The notes: a model not told the origin generated them from the sequence alone. DNA of 63,562 nt, filler included, from Sphacelaria rigidula (GCA_964200075.2; 10 parts of 10 records of this genome joined end to end with filler, not necessarily neighbours in it), one strand, 5' to 3'. Counted from the whole stretch's first letter, positions 48,691 to 62,040 are shown. Numbers and translations: made by a program.

Positions 48691-50833
48691 ATTTTGGAGG
48701 TAGCCAAATGGCCGCGTGTTTGGGCTTCCCTGTGGGGGCTTTCACACTAAACTCTGTAAAATAGTCCCAAAGAAGAACAATGAAATTGCTACGTATAGAT
48801 AGTGCAATTGCGTCCAGATAAAGCAAAACAGAAATGAGTATCTCTTTGTATAGACCCAACAAAGAATGCAAAATTGGTGTTCGGGACATTTTCACACAGA
48901 GAAAGATACTATATCGGAAAATTCACTTCTTGTTTCTGTTCATCTGAACCGCTTGCCACCCGACTTGTCCAAGCCATGCTTTGCTGTGCACCGAGCCTAC
49001 AACGGTATTTCGCCCATAAACTGTGGTCTGCGATACGCGTATTAATAGTATTTCCGTACATTTCTGCAATCTCGCCTGTCGCGTACCGTCACTACTATTC
49101 CGTACCCGACGTAGGAGCGCTCCTTGAGCGCTTTCTTCTGAGGATGCTCCAAAAACAAAGCAATAACAAAAGTAAACAAGAGGGAAACATCGAAAATATA
49201 TAGAAGAAAAAACAATTCCCCTAGTATACAAGATATTTTACCGGACTTTCTTGCAGAGAAATGTAGCTTGGGATTTTCTGTTGTCCTGGGTGCTATACGC
49301 GAGGGAGTGGGAGCATGGAAGAGGGAAGCACGTTCTGACAGCGGCGTGGAGGGGGGGGGAAGAGAGAAGAACCGATTGTGGGGAAAGAGCTCTCCCCCCG
49401 CCCCCCCGCCCCCGCTCTTCTCCCCTCCGCGGGGAGGGGTGAGGGGAGAGGATGGTAGAGCGCGGTCTTCCGTACTTATGCGTATTTTGGAGAAGCTTTC
49501 GCCCTTCGTTTTTGCATCAGCTATTATTGAAGTACGAAGGTGGTCGGAAGCGCTTCACAACGCCCCCGGCGCCAGCCAAAGTACACGACAAGGTCACCAA
49601 AGTAGCACTTCGTGGTCCCCTGTTTTCCTCTTTTCGGCGTGTATTTAACAATCCAAGAAGCGCGTGCTAAAAGCGAGACCTCGTCGTTTGACTGTTACTG
49701 TAATTACCACCAAACGGTAGTACCATACGAAACGGTCGACCACCCACCCCAGCTTGTGCCAGCAAGAATGCACGGAATGTTTTCGGGATAAAAGGCTCAG
49801 CATCCGGGATCGATGGCCACAAGTTTCGTTCAACTGCTCAGCGCGAATCGCGAACACATTGTGATTCTTCAATAGTAACTGTCGCTCAGGAAACCGTGTG
49901 TACTTAGCCCTTGGCATACAATGTATTTCCAGCCGTTGACACGTGATACTCGATGTGCAACCTCAACAGTCGTTCAGGAAAACAGTGATTGGTCACCTCT
50001 AGGCAGGCGAGGCGTTTTTGATGTGGATTTCACATAAGACTCTGTCGAACGACATCCGTGCTGAGACATACCGGGCTTAGTATTAATGAGTGCATCAACA
50101 ACATCAATCTCCCAAACTCTATACGGTATTTTCAGAGAGTCTCAGGTCTCGCATAACAAATGGCTTGTTAATTGTTTCTGATGTGTGTGTGTGTGTGTGT
50201 TGATATATACATTGCTCCCTCTGAAGTTGCCCAATCATGATCCGACCCTAGTTTCCTGCATGTGTGCTGCTTGACGCTTTATAGTCCATACGATGTTGGC
50301 ACACTTTAGCACCACTGACGACACGGCAAAACATATCACCTTTTCGCGTCTAACTGACGCCCCCAGGAACCATAATAACCTCTCCCACGCGCAGCAGTTC
50401 CTGTCATTGGTAAGGCTGCGCCTGCTTGATAAACGACAACTGCGGGTCAACTGACCTCCCCTATCATACCGGAATATGCTTATTAGAGGATGGTGTGTGT
50501 TTGTGTCTCGATCTTCGCTCGCCGTCGGATTCATGATCCACTACTCTCCCCTCCCAACCTTGGGCCCTCCTGGCCGTAGTAGCGAGGGTCATCAAACACG
50601 CTCTTTGCGCCCGGGCGGAGCTCAATCTCGATGAAGCCGTCCCGCTCGACAACACCATCTCGTGCTGCTTCACCTTTGCCCCAGTATTGCTGAGAGTATC
50701 CCTCGATCTAGAGAAGATGACAATGTAAGGTACGTTTCAGACACAGGATCGAATGGTGGCGCACGCGGGGCGGTGGGGAGGGGGGGGGTGTACTCATGAT
50801 CATGCATGCCATAGTCATCAGACCATTGACCTC

Positions 50834-50933
50834 NNNNNNNNNNNNNNNNNNNNNNNNNNNNNNNNNNNNNNNNNNNNTTAATTAATTAANNNNNNNNNNN
50901 NNNNNNNNNNNNNNNNNNNNNNNNNNNNNNNNN
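50834..50933. other. Artificial scaffold spacer
   Basis: N44-TTAATTAATTAA-N44. Confidence 0.99.
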
Positions 50934-50977
50934 ATGGCTTGTTTTTACAGCGCCGTTGCCACTCGATGCCAACCCAA

Positions 50978-51228
50978 GAGTCTAGAGGTGAGGGGGGACT
51001 GATAAGGGAGGGGGGGGGGGACTCTGGGCCATTTCTTGCACGAAACTCCACTTCAACTCGTCGTTGAAAGCAGCAACGGGTGTTCGAGCGCGCCTCTCAC
51101 CGATAAATAACCCTCACTAAAATACAAGCGCACCGCGAGTGTACTAGTTCGTCTGATACACCTATAAGCCTTTTTTGTCGCGGAATCAAACACCCCCCCC
51201 GCCCTTCCCCCCTTTTGTAGCATAACTT
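50978..51228 (+). mobile_element. MITE family B, degenerate copy
   Basis: Interior matches 58437-58691; eroded TIRs with poly-G/poly-C subterminal tracts. Confidence 0.7.
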
Positions 51229-53126
51229 GTTGTACCTTCAACTTGCTGTCATGATCACGGTGGGTGTTGGTGACTTGGTCGACTCAAGAAGCTATCCCCA
51301 GAAACTCTTACCTCTTGCGCTTTAAATATGCCCGCACCCCGGATGGTGAGTGATCCTAAGGCTTCTATTTAATAGAGCTCGTGGTCTGTGGGTTCCGCGA
51401 GGGTTAGGAGTGGTCTTTTTCGCGTGGGGTAAGTTTTTGATCTAGGATTCTGCTGTCGATGTATGCACCGCTCTGCTGTCAAGGCCCATGTTTGTCATTT
51501 GGCAATGGTGGCAGGTGTTCACCCAGGCATCGTTTCGTCATCTATATTCACACGTCTTCCTCAAAGTGGAATTATGGCTATCGGTGAAGCATTGAGTGTA
51601 CTTGCTGGTCATGCATAAGGGAAACGTTTTGGCGCACAAAAATGTTGCGCTTTTTGGAAAAACTGAAATTAGCATACTTCGACCTACCAACACAAGGGTG
51701 AATACATCTAGCATGCTTTTATTTCACCACTCGTTCACAAAGGGTTGTACGCTAGAGATTATCCATGATGAGAGCAACGTATCATGCCCATCTCTTGGCT
51801 CGGTGTACTCCTGCCATGAACTGAATTGGGTGCAGAACACAACCACTCTTTTCGACGGCCAGTTCACGCTTCCGACGCGCTTTTAGGTCGTTGGCCCCTG
51901 CACGTCTCAGTCACCTGATTTCCGGCTGTTATTCGCATGGAAATGGTGAGCATCGATGTTATATTAAGCGCCGCGTGATTCTCCCGGCACGGTGGAAACG
52001 GTACTTTTAAAAGAGTTTTATTCTTGCCATGGCTGACCCGGATGTGACTCATGGTTGAACCGCGCGGCAAGAATTGAATCTCCCGTGGCTGCTTCTGAAC
52101 CGGGCACGAGTCTCACGTAAAAATGTTTGAACCGGATGGCAGAGGTGGAAATCTCATACGACCGTCTTAGAACTGATTCAGTCGAAAAATGTGCACGTGA
52201 TCATGACGGGCGTATAGTTCCGGATATGCGAAAAAAAAAAAACTGCCGGTCGCGGGTAAAGTTGAACGAATTTGTGCTGTGATTAGCGATGTGCGTGGTG
52301 GCAGCAGCATGTGTAGTGCACACGCTTTGAAAGTGTGCACAGAATGATCCAAATCATCGGTGAATGAGTGAACCACGAGGGGAAAACGCGTGCACGGATA
52401 AAAATGACGTCTGCCTTGCTCGTCCGTTGTGGGCTGATACAGTATTCCTTGCTTTTAAACGTCTGATAACGGATACCCGGTCCTACTTGGTGGGAAGGTT
52501 ACGTGGGGTGAAGTTCGCCTCTCGGCAATTTGAAGACTTCGATTTTAGCGTCGTAAGTTTCAAGAGAAACTACTGGAACTACCGCTTCAGGTCCCTCACT
52601 TACGATTTCTCTATTCATAGACTGATCGGCTACCCGGTCCGGGTGGACCCTCCTTGTCGGTCATGCTTCAGCCATTGAGGGGATGCTGTGTCTTGGGAGG
52701 TGACGCGGGTGGGTGAGCATGCGCTCAAATCGACCCAAAGCATATGGTGCAACTTTGAATATTTGCTGTTCCGACAACAACCACCGTTGAGCAAAGGGCA
52801 CAACGCTGGTGATTTTTGCGGCACCCGCGCGTCATTTGAACGAGGTGGCATTACAAAGCCCAATATCGAAAAGCTCACGTATTTGGTGCTTGGCCAGAAC
52901 GGGTGAAGGCGTGTGGCCGTATACTTGTGATCCGAAAGTATAGTATATTTTACAAGTGCTCAAGGCTAAATATTCTGTTTTTTGTGATTGGATACTCGTC
53001 ATGGGCCAAGCAGGAACGTTGAAGATATTGTGGCTCGAAAGTATTGATCCGAACTATTGGTCGGTGTTGTGACACGTGAGAGAGTGTTCCAAGACATTGA
53101 GTATTTACCCTTCAACCGCGAGGGTA

Positions 53127-53198
53127 GGCGATCTGTTGAATCGGCACCATTCATCTCATTTTCTTCAGGTGTAAATGATGCCGATTCAACAGATCGCC
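53127..53198. repeat. 72-bp hairpin / mini-MITE
   Basis: GGCGATCTGTTGAATCGGCA ... TGCCGATTCAACAGATCGCC perfect 20-bp arms; related hairpin at 62175-62222. Confidence 0.85.
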
Positions 53199-53339
53199 CA
53201 ACCTCCCGATCAAGGGGTTCAGCCAACTTTTCGGTATTTCGAATTTTGGAAACGGCCAACCCGGTCTGTGTACAAGTGCCAATGATCACACGGAGTACAC
53301 ATAATCGGCTGTGGATTTGTTTTTCACATGCCCATCCCT

Positions 53340-53589
53340 GACACTTTCTATGATAGCCCCCCCCCCACAAACCAGCTCAAAAGTTTCACGAAAAAATGGC
53401 CATAGAGTGCCTGATGTTTGAGTTCAGGCTGCATGAAGCGCCTCATTTTGGCGACATTGACTAGAGCAAACCCAAGCGTCGGAATTCCCAGCTCCTCGTC
53501 GTGCTCGGCTTGTCCTATTTCGATGTATGTGAAGAATTTGCCTCCCAAAACCATGCACGTTTTTGGGGGGGGCTATCGTAGAAAGTGTT
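53340..53589. mobile_element. MITE family C (TIR GACACTTTCTACGATAGCCCCCC), 4-bp TSD CCCT
   Basis: TIRs and TSD read directly; inverted homolog at 60921-61161. Confidence 0.9.
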
Positions 53590-56474
53590 CCCTGAAACGA
53601 GCACAACTCTCGCATGTTCAAAACAAGAATTTCACATGACCGTCTTTTGAACTGGGCGCAAGTCTCACATGAACACTGATGAAATGAACGGCAAAAACAA
53701 GAATCATGTGTGGCGATCTCTGAAACGAGCACAAGCTTCGTATGACCATCTTTGAATAGGACGGCAAAGGTGAAAGTCTGAGTGTCTTTGAACCGCTCTA
53801 GGGTCATGGACGCATGGTCAAGGGTAACACCAGACGTGTAAAGAACCCTGCTATTTTGTTCAAACGATGTTCCCGCCGCTACAGCTGTTTTGACGCCATA
53901 TCATTGTAGCTGCAAACCTCTTGCACATCACAACAAGACGCGAGAACGCAGTCAACACCACAGACAGCGAGTACACTGTACTGTTGAAAAGTGGCGTCTT
54001 TGAGTAGCCTGCGTACGTGTTTGCCTCGGATGCTCACGTTCGTTTATGCCCCGCAGCCGCTGTTTACGGGTGCAGCACATGAGTTGATGCATGTGCTGCA
54101 GCTGTATTATATACCTATCGTACCGTATTGTCTGTACTCATGGTACAATAGCTGCACTCTCAGGGTTGTTTTATTTCTTATTTATGTATTTGTCGCACTT
54201 TGATCCCCTCCCCTTCCTCGGGACGAGTCCGTGGTCTCAAGGGACCAACCCATTTTTCCCCGGTGCACGCCTTGCATTTTGGTCTCGCGGAGTGGATCAT
54301 GATCATCAGCACTCCCGCACCGCGTCAACTCACGCCCAACGAACTCAGTCGACTACTTGTTTACTCACGTTCTCACGCTTTCCACGGTGGAAATCAGATA
54401 TTACGAAGAAAAGCCCGACGAATCGGGAATCGAAACGTCGTTCTCTCCACCCTAATGGCGACAGTCGGACCACTACCACTGGGGTGCGCGCGCGCGCGCG
54501 CGTGTGTGTGTACACGCCGTTAATTGTAAGGGATAGCATGTGGCTGCTCCGTCCTGTGCAGAGTCATGTGCACGCTGTCAGTACGCTGTACGTCAAAGTT
54601 TAGATGGATGTGCGCCTGGAGCTGAAGAGAAGCACCTTGCAAATGCACATCACCAAACAACCATGAAAACTCTGATGTCATTCACCTACCCCTCGTCATA
54701 AGACGCTAACCTGGACCACGGTTCGCGAGTTCCCTCGTACCTAGACATCATCCTGTAAGGAGAGAGTGTTGGCAGGTATCGAAGCTTCCCCGACACCCGT
54801 TCTGTAGTTTGAACGTTTTCGTGTCGCAATTTGGATATCAGAATCTCCGTGGACAAATAATTCGCGGAGTGAGAGCGCTTCGCACATCGAGCTCTCATCG
54901 CAATAAAGGGGCGTTGCATCTCTTCTACCAGCATCCATACTCCAAACTTCGTCGGGGGGGGGGGGGCTGCAGATTTTTCACAGGTATTTCCCCGTCAAAT
55001 ATAGTTTCTTCTATAACAAATGTGGGTTCATGAAAGCCAAGGCGGTGCCCCTGGCATCATATGCTGCTCCTAGGGGTATAATCGGATTTCCTCACGGTTG
55101 ATTTCAAGCTGGATATATATATATATATATATATATATGTGTCTGTTCACGGGCCAGACAGCAACCAGGCATCTTTTTTGTTCCGGAACAAATATTATAA
55201 CGGTTGTGATTGATGGAGAAGAACCAGGACCATGCTAGCACTTCACCCCCTCCCCCGACTCATCGTGACGGTTTGCAGCATCTTGGGCTATGCAAAGCCA
55301 AGTTTCGCCGTTGCAAACACACTAAAACGCGAGTAATTTTACCAAAGAAGGAGAACGGTGTCGGTGTTGGAGTCCTCGTAAACGCGCCTCTACATACACA
55401 AATTTGCACGGGTTTATTTTGGCCGGAGCCCTCTCACCGCGCGTGGATATGCGACATGTATATATATATATATATATATATTGTCGGAATATGCTTCATG
55501 ACATTGGCCATGAAACATCAAGTGACAACCGCCTTTGAAATAAAAGACTTAGTGTGAGAAATAGTTGGTGTTTCAACCCTCTGACTGATGAGATCCTGGT
55601 ATTTTTACTGGAGGAATATTTACATGTAGAACACAAGCAGCAGGCGTTTGCCTTGACATACATGAACTCAAATGGATTTCTTCGCAGTAAAGAGGTGAAA
55701 CCAGTCATTGTTTCAGATGGAAGTAATGCCGATTATATTATAGGAGAGCCTTTGTGGCGGCGAAAGCGTTATCCTTATGACCGCGCAGCAGTTTCTTTGC
55801 GTTCGTGTACGCAAATTGCACCACTTGGTGTCTTGGTTCTTCCCATAACTTCTCCTTCTCAAATGAGGATCCCCAATTCTTGGTGGCCATTATGTCGGCC
55901 CGTTGACAGTGAGGAATGTAGAGATTCGCACTGAAGGAGCGTTAGTACGTTGTATTAACGTCACAAAGGGCCCCAAGGTGGCACACACGAACACAAATCG
56001 ACACCTTTGCACTAAATAGGTGATATACCGAACAATCTTTATTTGGGCGTCCTTGAATGCTTTAGAGATCAGGTTCAGAGCGGGCATACATATCTTCGGC
56101 TGCCGTCATTCACGTCAATATCCGAGTAACCGGATAATATCATGTAACTTACCACCGTGTTTATTGCACTGTGACAACTTGTACAAGACAAACTTGCTCA
56201 CGGAATGAATTCCTACGCAACCGGGGGGGATCACATCTAGAAGGCTATGAAAACTGTACCATGTATGAGGGAAATTTGTGGTGCTAGCTGTTGTCTGGAG
56301 TCGTTCTGTCCAAAGAGCCATGCTGCGGTAGGGTTGCACAACGAGATACTTCTCAGGTTTAAATCATTGGGAACCCTTCGTCTCATCCAAGAAACGTTAC
56401 ATGAAATAAGTGTAAGCACATCAAGATTAGCATTCCAATGGGCTAGGGATATCTCGAATGAATTTCAAACGAGA

Positions 56475-57128
56475 GAGTCATCCTACGACAGGGAGGGGGG
56501 GGGGGGGGGGGAGGCTTTTCCGCCCCTCCTTCGTTCAGATCTACGACCACAGTAAGCGCGAGAACACCTACTTGATTGCGATGGAGNNNNNNNNNNGATG
56601 AGCAGGTAAAAGTAGGAAGAAAGGGAATGGGGAGGGGGGGTGTGGGGGGGGGGGGGGGGGTGGTGGGTGGTATTCTGGGTCACTTCTTGCATGAAATTCC
56701 AAGTCAAATTCGTCGTTGAAAGCAGTATCGGTTGTTCGAACGAGCTTGTTATAGATAAAGAACGTTCATTCATACTACTTGACACCGTTTTAAACCAAAT
56801 ACAAGCGCAACGCGAGTGTGGCAGGTCGTCTGACACACCTATGTGAGCAATGCTACGGTAGAGGTGCACTCTTTTCGCGAAATTTTGTCTGGTTCAGGGG
56901 CTTCTAACGATCCTAGACGCACAAGAATATGGGTCAAGGCATCCCCGTTTGCAGGTTAATTTGGGATTTCCCCAGCACATTGGAATAGTCATCCTGGCGT
57001 ACTCTCGCATATTTTCATAACTCGTGTTTTGGATGAGATAAGGGGCTCCCAACAATTCTAACCTCAGAAGATATTTGTGTACCCCTACCGTAGCATCACT
57101 CATCAGCATCTTCTTTCGTGCGATCAAA

Positions 57129-57161
<33 letters not shown>

Positions 57162-57198
57162 GCGGCGTCCCTCACCCCCCCCTCCTCGCCCCTCCCCC
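56475..57198 (+). mobile_element. MITE family B copy containing a nested family A element; right end lost at scaffold end
   Basis: Starts GAGTCATCCTACGACAGGG; interior 56660-56844 and 57102-57130 matches 58460-58665. Confidence 0.75.
56845..57101. mobile_element. MITE family A, nested in family B
   Basis: TIRs GAGCAATGCTACGGTAG / CTACCGTAGCATCACTC; removing it plus 4 bp restores the host-element spacing seen at ~58630 and ~51160. Confidence 0.88.
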
Positions 57199-57298
57199 NN
57201 NNNNNNNNNNNNNNNNNNNNNNNNNNNNNNNNNNNNNNNNNNTTAATTAATTAANNNNNNNNNNNNNNNNNNNNNNNNNNNNNNNNNNNNNNNNNNNN
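57199..57298. other. Artificial scaffold spacer
   Basis: N44-TTAATTAATTAA-N44. Confidence 0.99.
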
Positions 57299-58436
57299 CG
57301 GAACTCAAACAGGTATATCACTATAATGTTGTACCTTACCCTGACTAGGTGTATTTTACTGGACACCGCAGGCCATCCTACGAACAGGCGTGCCTCTGTG
57401 CGCATTAGAACATGTCGTCGAAAAGCAGGTTAATGTACCCGTCACCACTACTGTTCCCAGCACACATGCGAGCCAGAACGGTTGCGCCGTTGTGCCGTTG
57501 CGACAAGATCTAACAACCGCAAGCCGGGTTTTTTTTATTGTAATCGTTGATTTCACCCGATGTCTGCAAAACAAGGGCAAGAGTCTGCCACGTCGGAGTC
57601 GCGGGAGTGTATGAGAGTTAAAATACTCGTGTAGCGGAGATGTTCCCGTCACCGCTACTGTTCCCCCTCACACACATGCTAGCAAGGGCGGTGTAGCGGC
57701 AATAGCAAGAACCAATCGCAACTTGATGGGGGAGTGTTATTGTCATGGTTGATCTTACCCGACCTGTGTGTTCACAAGGACAAGACTGCCATACGCCAGT
57801 TGGGGGAATGTGTGAGATATCAAACACTCGTAGAGATCTTCTTGGCATGCGGAGTGAAGAAAGGTATCACTGGCGGTGACTTCACTATTGTTGGTGTGAC
57901 CCATGTAGAGACGACCACCCTGTAATTTGAGTCTCGATGTACAACCGGTCGGATGTTCACCAGGCTGTGTGTGTGCGTGTGTGTTGCAGCGGCAAAAAAG
58001 TGCAAGGGGAGACCGTGCGAAGGTGAGACGAGATAGGGTTATGGTCTCACCAGCAACAAGGGTGTTTTACTATCAAGTGTTTGCCATTGCATCTGTGACG
58101 CACGCCGTCAAGTGCCGACCGCAAAGGTTGTGGCAACAATAGCTTTCGAGCAGAGTGGTCGGCACATGATCACGCTAGACAACCCGGGACATTTCATTGC
58201 TATACGCACTTGTACTGACTGCCTGTAGAAGAACATCATAGCACCGATTTTGACAACGCTTATACGACTGAGCAGCTTCGTTTCCTTCAACTCGTTCCAT
58301 AGACTCAAGACGGCTCTCAAGAGCCGCGGGAAAGTGCTCGCTTCGGGTTCGATGGAATGTACGAAGATACTGTCGAACGCTCATACCCAACTATTCTGAG
58401 ATTTGCATAAAGTGGTTAGTATAGAACCAAACTGCA

Positions 58437-58691
58437 GAGTCATCCTACGAGAGGGGGTGGGGGGGTATTTTGGGCCACTTCTCGCACGAAATTTGAAGTC
58501 GAATCGTCCTTGAAAGGGGCAACAATTGCTCGAACGAGCTTGTTACGGAGATGTAACGCTCGTTCATACCGATTGACAGCGTTTTGAACCAACTACGGGC
58601 GCACCGCGAGTGTGGCAGGTCGTCTAACACACTTTTGAGCCTCTTTTCTCGTGCAATCGAATACCCTGCCCCCCCTATCGTAGGATGACTC
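58437..58691 (+). mobile_element. MITE family B (TIR GAGTCATCCTACGATAGGGGG), flanked by TGCA
   Basis: GAGTCATCCTACGAGAGGGGG ... CCCCCTATCGTAGGATGACTC; TGCA on both sides. Confidence 0.9.
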
Positions 58692-59224
58692 TGCAATGGA
58701 CAAGTTCGAGTTCGAAAGAGTAAACCGGTCTGACAAAACATTTCAAAGACGGGAAAACGCGGAATTCCCCACACCCAGAAACCTTTTTGTGCTCGTCGGT
58801 GTCCCGTAGAGCTTGCAAAAAATTATGCCATCGTTTTTTATACCTGGTGGGAAGAGGGGAAGGCGCCCTCCCGCAACTTTTCTCGCTCATCTTTCACAAA
58901 ACAAAGGATCCTGAAAAACGAGGTTGACCACTCACATAGAGTTGAAGTGGCCTTCCAACAATCACATTTTGCGTGAAACAGTAATATTGCCGAACGAAAT
59001 TATTAGTCCAGAAAACACACGCGGCCATTCGGCTACCCTATACACGGTTTTCCAAACGTCACCCTCAGCTCCGTCCGTTTTGAAATCCCCACTGGAGGAT
59101 CTTGGGTATTCCAAATTCTCGACAGGACTTTTAATAATGTTGAGGCCCTCGAAGGTCTGTGTCATCATCAAAATCCTCTGGATTTGTTTTGAAGGCATAA
59201 GTGCTATGGAAATCTGGAATTTGG

Positions 59225-59304
59225 ACAGCCTCTGCTGTTCGAAATAAATCCCTTTCAAATTTGAAATCGGGCATGAAGGATTTATTTCGAACAGCAGAGG
59301 CTGT
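59225..59304. repeat. 80-bp hairpin / mini-MITE with perfect 27-bp arms; related degenerate hairpin at ~59348-59422
   Basis: ACAGCCTCTGCTGTTCGAAATAAATCC ... GGATTTATTTCGAACAGCAGAGGCTGT. Confidence 0.85.
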
Positions 59305-60920
59305 ACAAATCCCATAAACACTCGCAGATGGACTTGTTCACCAGAAGCTGTTCGAAATAAATCCTCATTTTCCCCGACAATACCTGGAATTCGACAAAAC
59401 AAAAAAATTATTTGCGAACAGCTTTTGCCGTTCAAGTCCCACATACTGCACCGCATTAGTGGATGAGGTTCGAGAGGCAGCAGAAGTTGTTGAAAATTCA
59501 TCCTGTCGGCCCCCAATTCATATATCCATTGAGCAAGGGGATACAAACCTTCCACAGCCTCGGCTGTATACAAATCTCATACACTGATTGCGAGTGCATG
59601 CCCACACGGCTGTGCTCCGAAGCATCAAGCTTTAGCTGCATTTGTGGTGACGATGGATCGCCGGTGTATACCTCGCAAATGTATGTAGATAGCTCATCAA
59701 AACCCTGTAGTCCCATGTCGACCGAAACAACACACGATATAAATAGGACTGGACTGCACAATACCATGCAGGACAGTGCCATACCGTGTTTATACGTGCG
59801 GTGCCATACACTGAAGAGTTAGCGCGGCATATGCGCTAAGTATGGCTTTACTATGTGGATGTCAGCGGCTTATTTTGATATATTTGGGTATTATATGCTG
59901 GCCGAAAGTGCAGTCCACACGCGCGTTCTTTCAGCATATGCGCACAAGTACAGCAAGTAGGGCGTGAAAGGGAAGCGAGAAAAGTACAGTACAGACAGCG
60001 CACGACTAAATATGTTCTCTACCTATAGTGCGACGTGAAAAGGACGTAAGCAACGTGCAGCTTTGTACGACCTGCACTGTCCATGATGAGTGCGTATGTA
60101 ATAAGCCGGTTATCCTCCACCCCATACCTTGCGCGCGGTTCCGTCGGAGCGCGATGCCGCGACCATGAAAGAAGATGCTCAAGTTTCCACCAACAAGAAA
60201 TACATCATACCCAACCTCGGTAATGTGTATCTATATCCCTATGCCCAACTCGTACTCTTCGCTGCAGGGTTGTGGTGATAGTGGTGTCTGGGAATAAGTG
60301 TTGTGGGGTGCATGGTTCGATCTGTGAACGGTGGGTGATATATATCTTCGGGTGATGGTCTATGCTATACAAGATTGCTGGGGTCCCAAATGTGCCCTGG
60401 AGGAAGTTAGGACACAAACATCGTCCAGAAGTTTGATGTGCTGCAACCTCCAGAGGTAATTTCACACCCCGGAGAGTATTGTCTCCCCAAATTTCCCCAG
60501 AGGCACCCTTAGTAAAACTATGTGCGCAAGGGAGTCATGTGCCCGCCAGAGGATTCGTTTCATGACTGGAACTGGGGATGGCATACCCTCTAGAGTGTGT
60601 GTTTATCCTCCGGAGGGTCACTTTACTCTCGAGAGGATGAAAATCGCGATAGATGATTTTCATACACGAGCCGAATGTAATGGGGTTGTACTGGGTGTGA
60701 GGCAAGCACAGGCTCACTAGGTAAGGCAAGGGGTCCGCCATCAACAGGCTGGACTGCCAAGCCGTACAATAGGCACAGGTACTGTGCAGCGTATGTTCAA
60801 CACTGCGTACCACCCTCGCGCAGATGTGCCCAAGGTATCAGAATGTCACGTGTTGGTAGATAATACCTCTCCTTGATTGTTTGATCTCAATCTCCTCAGT
60901 ATCCAACCTCTCACACTCAA

Positions 60921-61161
60921 GACACTTTCTACGATAGCCCCCCCTCCCGAAAGTGCATGGTTCTGGGAGGCAAAATCTTCATGTGAATCGAAATGGGAAA
61001 CGCCGAGCACAACGAGAAGCTGGGAATTCCCACGCTTGGGTTCGCTCTAGCCAATGTCGCCAATATTCATGCAACCTGAATCCGAACATCAGGCGCTGTA
61101 TGACCATTTTTCTCGTGACACTTTTAACTGGTTTTGGGGGGGGGCTATCGTAGAAAGTGTC
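60921..61161. mobile_element. MITE family C, 4-bp TSD TCAA
   Basis: TCAA-GACACTTTCTACGATAGCCCCCC ... GGGGGGCTATCGTAGAAAGTGTC-TCAA. Confidence 0.92.
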
Positions 61162-62040
61162 TCAATCAATCAGCCTCACCGATGTTAGACTTCCTTGCTG
61201 GGAGTAGGGTGTAGTGGGACATGAAAGGTGACCTTCAGCGTTACTATCCCTGCTATATACAAGTTCACACTCGTATCTGACCAGCTCTAAACAGACCTGC
61301 AGTCTTGAAATAGCCAAAAATGAAATAAAGCCGGACTCATCGACGGGTCTGAGGTGGCATGACAACAGGCTAATATGCTTCTCATGATCCTAACCCACCC
61401 AGACGAACCTGTATTACAGCTGCAAGGATTTATCCTCAAGAGCAGCGAAACCTAAGTTTTTTCTTCCCTCATAAAGTCATGAGCGGCTAATAAAGCATAC
61501 CTATGGAAACACTCCCGTACCAACTCCCAGATCTCAAAATAAGGGAAGCATATACTTCTTCGAGGAGCAGAAAAACTGCTTCGAAACGCTGGAGCACAAA
61601 CTACTTCTGCGTGCTAGGGGTAAAAGAAGAAGCACATATTGCTTCAGCGTCCTAGCAAAACGAACCAGGGAGGTACAACAAAGAGCAGAGCTTCTACCTG
61701 CAGGATTCTAAAGAGAGAACGGCAAGATCAGTAGGCGACCAACGCATGTTGGTCGGGAGAAAGGAAAACAAAATATGAAAATCGGTGATCCAACGAGATC
61801 GAGCTCCAGCCTTAAAGGGATACTGGAGCTTCAGTAGTCGTAGATGGTGGGTGGCTCCTAGTACTCTGCGATCGTCGTCCGATGTAGGTGGTCCGGGTGT
61901 GGATGTCGCAGAGTAGGGTCCCAGTGAAGAAGGGAGGGAAAAGAACGGAAGAAGGGATGGAAAGTTGCAGTGAAGGAGCGTGGTTCAAAGCGGTGTGTGG
62001 ACGTCGTGCGTATGGTTGATGTTGCGCTGGAGACCGCGGC

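Larger units (their letters stand above)
52999..53807 (-). pseudogene. Cys-rich reading frame of unknown identity interrupted by a family C MITE
   Basis: Excising 53340-53589 plus the 4-bp TSD fuses ORFs 53424-53807 and 52999-53370 in frame (…LCSFQG|WACEKQ…; 555 nt = 185 codons including the stop). Confidence 0.4.

Noticed and set aside
48239..48895. 218-aa ORF with repeated PPEG/ASGG motifs
   Set aside because: Openness is explained by the GC-rich minisatellite; no ATG start or domain.
6312..57254. TTAATTAATTAA recurring every ~6.37 kb as a biological repeat or array
   Set aside because: Always centred in N44..N44; an artificial six-frame-stop linker.
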